DNA of 63,940 bases, counting the filler, from an uncultured bacterium (GTDB taxonomy: Bacteria > CAYJRR01), in assembly GCA_964372275.1 (NCBI GenBank). It is 6 parts of 6 records of this genome, joined end to end, with 100 filler letters (N's around TTAATTAATTAA, not from the genome) between each part and the next. Parts side by side here need not be neighbours in the genome. Positions count along the whole stretch, not along the records: positions 59,204 to 63,940 come from CAYJRR010000203.1; 5 more parts are not named here. One strand, written 5' to 3'. The position numbers and the translations under genes are program-made. Under the pieces are notes generated by a model. That model made no database searches and was not told where the DNA came from. It worked only from the letters and a program-made list of their open reading frames with translations. This document shows positions 59,204 to 63,940 of the stretch, in pieces (positions within the stretch are counted from its first letter, which is position 1; each line of letters begins with the position of its first letter).

Positions 59204-59655
59204 AACGGGCGCTCCACCTTCTTCCACGAGCGCCGCGCGTGGACCACCACCCCTTCGTGCGCGCCGAAGTCGACGCGCTGGACCGCCGCGATCTCGTTGG
59301 TGAGCGCCCTCGTCCGACCGAAGTTCCGCACCATCGCCTCGGCGAGCGCGGGGAGCGGCATCCTTCGCGTGGCGTCGTCCAGCGGATGGACCGTCACCCG
59401 GAGGTCGACGTCTTCTCCGTCGCGACGGAACCCGACCAGGTAGCGCGAGCCGATCCGGCGATTGCTCTCCAGGTGCCACCCGGCGCCGGGGTGCCCGATG
59501 CGAAACAGGCCCGGGGATTCGACCACCGGCCCGCGAACGATACCCGCGCGCGGGCAGCCCGAGATCCACGGCGTCGCAAGAACGAACGAGAGAAGGAACG
59601 CGAGCCGAGCCGATCGGATCGGCTCGGCAACCGGCGCCGCCGCCCCCCCGCGCAG
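59204..59655 (-). CDS. Hypothetical lipoprotein, truncated; probable non-canonical (CTG) start
   Basis: In frame upstream of GTG 59526: RSARLAFLLSFVLATPWISGC lipobox; only CTG (59655) or ATC precede it. Confidence 0.55.
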
Positions 59656-59659
59656 GCGC

Positions 59660-60913
59660 TCAGGCGGTGCGCTTGTACTTGTTGTAGATGATGATCGGCT
59701 TGCCGGTGCCGTAGACGACCTCGTCCGTGATGATGCACTCCTGAACCTTGTTCAGGCTCGGGATCTCGTACATCACGTCGAGCATCGCGTTCTCCATCAC
59801 CGCGCGCAAGCCCCGCGCGCCGGTATTCCGCCGCAGCGCCTCCTTGGCGAACGCCTGCAGCGCGTCCGGCGTGAACTTCAGCTCCACCTTGTCGAAGCCG
59901 AACAGCTTCTGGTACTGCTTCACCAGCGCGTTCCTCGGCTTCACCAGGATGTCGACCAGCGTCGCCTCGTCGAGCTCGTCGAGCGTGGTCAGCACCGGCA
60001 GCCGTCCGACGAACTCCGGGATCATTCCGAACTGGAGCAGGTCCTCGGGCCGGACGTCGCGCAGCACCTGGCTTTTGCTCCGCTCGGAGCGCGACTTGAT
60101 CTCGGCCGAGAATCCGAGGCTCTTCTGCCCCTGGCGCTGCTCGATCACCTGCGCCAGCCCCCCGAAGGCGCCGCCGCAGATGAACAGGATCTGCGAGGTG
60201 TCGACCTGCACCGAGTCCTGGTAGGCGAAGTTCCGCATCTTCTTGGTGGGGACGTTGACCTTCTTCCCCTCCATCATGCGCAGCAGCGCCTCCTGCACCC
60301 CTTCGCCGGAGACGTCGCGGGTGATCGACGGGCCCGACGACTTGCGGGCGATCTTGTCGATCTCGTCGATGTAGACGACCCCCTTCTGCGCGCGCTCCAC
60401 GTCGTTGTCGGCGGCGGCGAGCAGGTTGTAGATGATGTTCTCGACGTCCTCCCCGACGTAGCCGGCCTCGGTGAGGCTCGTCGCGTCGGCCACGGCGAAC
60501 GGGACGTTCAGCATCTTGGCGATCGTCGACGCGAGGAGCGTCTTCCCGGTGCCGGTGGGACCGAGGATCAGGATGTTGCTCTTCTCCAGATCGACCTCGG
60601 CCGTCCCGGACTTCTGCGACAGGATCCGCTTGTAGTGGTTGTAGACGGCGACCGAGAGCACCTTCTTGGCGCGATCCTGACCCACCACGTATTGGTCGAG
60701 CGTCCGCTTGATCTCGCTCGGGCTCGGCATCTCGTCGGAGCGGCTCGACTTGACGTCGTGGCGGCCCTCCTCGCGGATCAGCTCGGTGCACAGCCCGACG
60801 CACTCGTTGCAGATGTAGACGGAGGGGCCCGCGATCATCTTGCGGGTCTCCTTCTGCGAGCGGTTGCAGAAGGAGCACCGCAGTTCCGTCAGACCTTTGT
60901 TCTTGTCCGACAT
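59660..60913 (-). CDS. clpX: Clp protease ATP-binding subunit ClpX (divergent RKH loop)
   Basis: CSFC..ICNEC zinc finger, [35 protein letters not shown] loop, TGARGLR. Confidence 0.96.
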   Translation of the reverse strand: MSDKNKGLTELRCSFCNRSQKETRKMIAGPSVYICNECVGLCTELIREEGRHDVKSSRSDEMPSPSEIKRTLDQYVVGQDRAKKVLSVAVYNHYKRILSQKSGTAEVDLEKSNILILGPTGTGKTLLASTIAKMLNVPFAVADATSLTEAGYVGEDVENIIYNLLAAADNDVERAQKGVVYIDEIDKIARKSSGPSITRDVSGEGVQEALLRMMEGKKVNVPTKKMRNFAYQDSVQVDTSQILFICGGAFGGLAQVIEQRQGQKSLGFSAEIKSRSERSKSQVLRDVRPEDLLQFGMIPEFVGRLPVLTTLDELDEATLVDILVKPRNALVKQYQKLFGFDKVELKFTPDALQAFAKEALRRNTGARGLRAVMENAMLDVMYEIPSLNKVQECIITDEVVYGTGKPIIIYNKYKRTA

Positions 60914-61081
60914 GGGGCTTCCCCCTTCCGTGACCGGAATGCCCTTCGATTTCGAGTATAGCCCACGGGATTCTGCCGTGCCACCCGAGCCGGTCCGCTT
61001 CGGAGGCGAGACCACCTGGCACACCGCGGGCGCAAGGGCCGCCTTTGCGCCCATGCCGCACTGCATTACGATCCGGCCACG

Positions 61082-62890
61082 ATGAGCGCCGCGCCCCAGG
61101 ACCACCGAAAGCCGCTCGCCGAAGGGGGGGCCTTCCTGTTCGAAGAGAACGGATCGCGCCCGATCTTCAGCGCCGAGGAGTTCACCGAGGAGCAGCGGAT
61201 GTTCCACAAGACCGCGCTCGACTTCAGCCAGCAGCAGATCGGTCCGCGGGTGCAGGAGATCGACGATCGCGGGCTCGACCTGATGCCGGAGCTCCTGAAG
61301 AAGGCGGCCGACCTCGGACTCTGCATGGTGGAGATCCCGGAGGAGTACGGCGGGCTCGGGCGCGACATCACGACCTCGATGCTGGTCAGCGAGGGGATGA
61401 GCCGCTGCGGGTCGTGGACGACGACCTGGGGCGCGCACACCGGGATCGGGACGCTGCCGATCGTCTTCTTCGGGACCGAGGAGCAGAAGCGGAAGTACCT
61501 CCCGCGGCTGGCGACGGCCGAGATCATCGGCGCCTACGCGCTGTCGGAAGCCGGGAGCGGCTCCGACGCGCTCGGCGCGCGCACCAAGGCGACCCTTTCC
61601 TCCGACGGCCGGCACTACCTGCTCAACGGCGGGAAGATGTGGATCACCAACTCGCGCTGGGCCGGTACGTTCATCGTCTTCGCCAAGGTCGACGGAGACA
61701 AGTTCACCGGCTTCATCGTGGAGCGCGGGACGCCCGGTTTCACCGTCGGGAAGGAGGAGCACAAGATCGGGCTGCACGGTTCGTCGACCTGCGCCCTGAT
61801 GTTCGAGGACGCGCCGGTGCCGGTGGAGAACGTCCTGGGCGAGATCGGCAAGGGCCACCGCATCGCCTTCAACATCCTCAACCACGGACGGATCAAGCTC
61901 GGGATCGGCGCGCTCGGCGGTTGCCGCAACATGCTCGAGGTTTCCTCGCGCTATGCAAAAGATCGGAAGCAGTTCGGGACGCCGATCGCCGAGTTCGGCC
62001 TGATCCGGCGGAAGCTGGCGGAGATGGCGGCCAGGACCTACGCGCTGCAGACGATGGGCTACCGCACGGCGGGGCTGATCGACGCACGCATCGCCGCGGT
62101 CGCCGCGGGGGCCTCGGGGGCCGACCGCGATCGCGCGAGCATCGACGCCATCGAGGAGCACAACATCGAGGCCTCGATCATGAAGGTGTTCGGATCGGAG
62201 GCGCTCAACTTCTGCATCGACGAGGCGCTGCAGATTCACGGGGGCTACGGATTCACCGAAGAGTATCCGGTCGCCAAGCCCTACCGCGACGCGCGCGTGA
62301 ACCGGATCTTCGAAGGGACGAACGAGATCAATCGCATGCTCATCCCGGGCACGCTGCTCAAGCGCGCGCTCAAGGGGAAGCTGCCGCTGATGACGTTCTT
62401 CGGCGATGCGGAAAAGGAGCTCGCGGCGGGAACGATCCCGGCGGAGCCCGAGGGACCGCTCGCGGCCGAACGCCGGGCGGCGGAGCTCGGAAAGCGGCAA
62501 CTGGCACTGGTCCTGGGGAACGCGGCGATGCGCTTCCAGACGGCGCTGGAGAAACAGCAGGAGGTCCTTTCCGATCTGGCCGACGTGGTGATCGAGCTGT
62601 TCGCGATCGACGGCGTCGTGACGCGCGCGCGGCAGGCGATCGACCGGTTCGGCGAGGCGAAGGCGACGCTGCACCTCGACCTGGCGCGGCTCTACGTCTC
62701 CCAGGCGAGCGAGCGGATCACGTCGCTGTCGCGGCAGATCGCGTGCGCCACGCTCGACGGGGAGGCGCTGGCCACGCTGCTCGCGAAGATCGCCCGACTG
62801 GACGGCTCGCGCCCGGTAAATCTTGCCGCCCTGCGTGAGACAGTGGCCGCCCAGGTGCTGGATACGGACGGACTCGTCCTCCCCGCCTGA
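61082..62890 (+). CDS. Acyl-CoA dehydrogenase (long form)
   Basis: [58 protein letters not shown]. Confidence 0.96.
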   Translation: MSAAPQDHRKPLAEGGAFLFEENGSRPIFSAEEFTEEQRMFHKTALDFSQQQIGPRVQEIDDRGLDLMPELLKKAADLGLCMVEIPEEYGGLGRDITTSMLVSEGMSRCGSWTTTWGAHTGIGTLPIVFFGTEEQKRKYLPRLATAEIIGAYALSEAGSGSDALGARTKATLSSDGRHYLLNGGKMWITNSRWAGTFIVFAKVDGDKFTGFIVERGTPGFTVGKEEHKIGLHGSSTCALMFEDAPVPVENVLGEIGKGHRIAFNILNHGRIKLGIGALGGCRNMLEVSSRYAKDRKQFGTPIAEFGLIRRKLAEMAARTYALQTMGYRTAGLIDARIAAVAAGASGADRDRASIDAIEEHNIEASIMKVFGSEALNFCIDEALQIHGGYGFTEEYPVAKPYRDARVNRIFEGTNEINRMLIPGTLLKRALKGKLPLMTFFGDAEKELAAGTIPAEPEGPLAAERRAAELGKRQLALVLGNAAMRFQTALEKQQEVLSDLADVVIELFAIDGVVTRARQAIDRFGEAKATLHLDLARLYVSQASERITSLSRQIACATLDGEALATLLAKIARLDGSRPVNLAALRETVAAQVLDTDGLVLPA

Positions 62891-62991
62891 CGCGGGTCGC
62901 GGGGCCCCTCCGCCGGCGCACGCCGCCGCGGAATCAGAGGATTTTCGGACCGGGCGGCGGACCTCGTTCGACCCGCGGAGAAGGCCCTTGG

Positions 62992-63007
62992 TGGCACGCC
63001 GGCTGCA
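62992..63007 (+). promoter_or_regulatory. Putative sigma-54 promoter
   Basis: TGGCACGCCGGCTGCA, 47 nt upstream of ATG 63055. Confidence 0.65.
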
Positions 63008-63054
63008 CCCTCGTTCACTCCGTAGGTCACGCACCACCCAGGGGAGAACAGGCC

Positions 63055-63940
63055 ATGAAGTCGATCACCGGCAGCCTCTACGTCGCCATGCTCGTCGCCG
63101 CCACGGCCATCGCCGGCTGCCGCAACGAGACGAACCTCACCGGGCCGTCCGCCGTCCTCGACGAGTTCGGTCCCGGCTCGGTGACGACCTCCTCCGACGT
63201 GATCGCCTGGGCGAACATGGCCAGCTCGCCCAACGCCTACTTCTACGCCGTCTTCCCCTCGTTCATCCCGGCCTTCGCCGAAGACCCGGAGTGCCCGGTC
63301 TTCACCCAGACCTCGGGCGCCAACGCCACCTACTACCTCTACGAAGGCGGATGCACCGACATCGCCGGCAACGAATGGACCGGCCAGCTGCAGATCGACG
63401 TCGAGACCGAGGGCGAAGGGGAGGACGCGACGACGCTCTCGCTCTACACCTACGACGACTTCGGGGTCGCCACCACCTCGACCTGCGACGGCGTCTCGTT
63501 CACCGCCTTCTCGAAGTGGAACGGGACGCTCGACGACGAGTTCTTCGAGTTCGCGATCGACTTCCGCGAGGACACCGCCTACATCGATCCGGACACCTGC
63601 GAGGTGACGGCGAACATCGTGGCGATCGACTACGAGGGGACCTATCAGCCGGGCGAGGACGAGGACGGCGACGACGTCCCCGACTCGGAGACCTGGGGCG
63701 GCAGCGGCCGCATCGGGACGGAGGCGATGGGAACGATCCGGGCGTCGACCGACGCCGAGGTGATCGCCAGCGGCGTCTGCGAGATGGAAGCGGCCTCGGG
63801 CACCACCACCCTCAAGGCCGACGGCCACACCTCGATCATCACCTACGACGGCGCGACCGATTGCGACGACACCTCGACCGTCCGTTGGGAGCTCGACGGC
63901 GAGGACCGGGGCGAGCTCGAAGGGATCGCCTGCGACGTCG
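63055..63940 (+). CDS. Acidic, Cys-containing lipoprotein running off the window end (not in the ORF track)
   Basis: [31 protein letters not shown] lipobox; open frame to 63940 ([23 protein letters not shown]). Confidence 0.85.
   Translation, partial: MKSITGSLYVAMLVAATAIAGCRNETNLTGPSAVLDEFGPGSVTTSSDVIAWANMASSPNAYFYAVFPSFIPAFAEDPECPVFTQTSGANATYYLYEGGCTDIAGNEWTGQLQIDVETEGEGEDATTLSLYTYDDFGVATTSTCDGVSFTAFSKWNGTLDDEFFEFAIDFREDTAYIDPDTCEVTANIVAIDYEGTYQPGEDEDGDDVPDSETWGGSGRIGTEAMGTIRASTDAEVIASGVCEMEAASGTTTLKADGHTSIITYDGATDCDDTSTVRWELDGEDRGELEGIACDV

Noticed and set aside
60970..61031. TGGCAC hexamers between clpX and the acyl-CoA dehydrogenase gene
   Set aside because: One lacks the -12 GC and the other has GGGC instead of (T/C)TGC; too weak to call sigma-54 promoters.

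Overview
High-GC (visually ~70%) bacterial DNA whose gene content looks Myxococcota/Deltaproteobacteria-like. It is not one continuous locus: six contigs are joined by artificial 100-nt linkers (N-run + TTAATTAATTAA + N-run) at 12120-12219, 24149-24248, 36159-36258, 47659-47758 and 59104-59203, so gene order across these points means nothing. Content: housekeeping genes (ileS, recG, hom-thrC, DAHP synthase, glpX, tRNA-Cys, htpX, dinB, dnaK, peroxiredoxin, clpX, acyl-CoA dehydrogenase), a surface-polysaccharide cluster (asnB-like, rmlC, GT2/GT4/GT87-like, epimerase, deacetylase, methyltransferases) and many uncharacterised secreted proteins and lipoproteins. I saw no CRISPR array, rRNA, transposase, integrase or phage gene. 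Best leads: (1) a compact archease-RtcB-ThpR (2H) RNA-repair operon; (2) a ClpX lacking the RKH loop, with no adjacent clpP; (3) TANNNT boxes 6-9 nt before many start codons, suggesting widespread leaderless-type genes; (4) four similar sigma-54 promoter motifs in front of uncharacterised exported proteins; (5) a DUF3015/DUF4105 pair with a degenerate HExxH domain; (6) a methyltransferase coupled to a divergent HxxxDG acyltransferase-like protein. All family calls come from motif recognition by eye, without database searches, so novelty is unverified.
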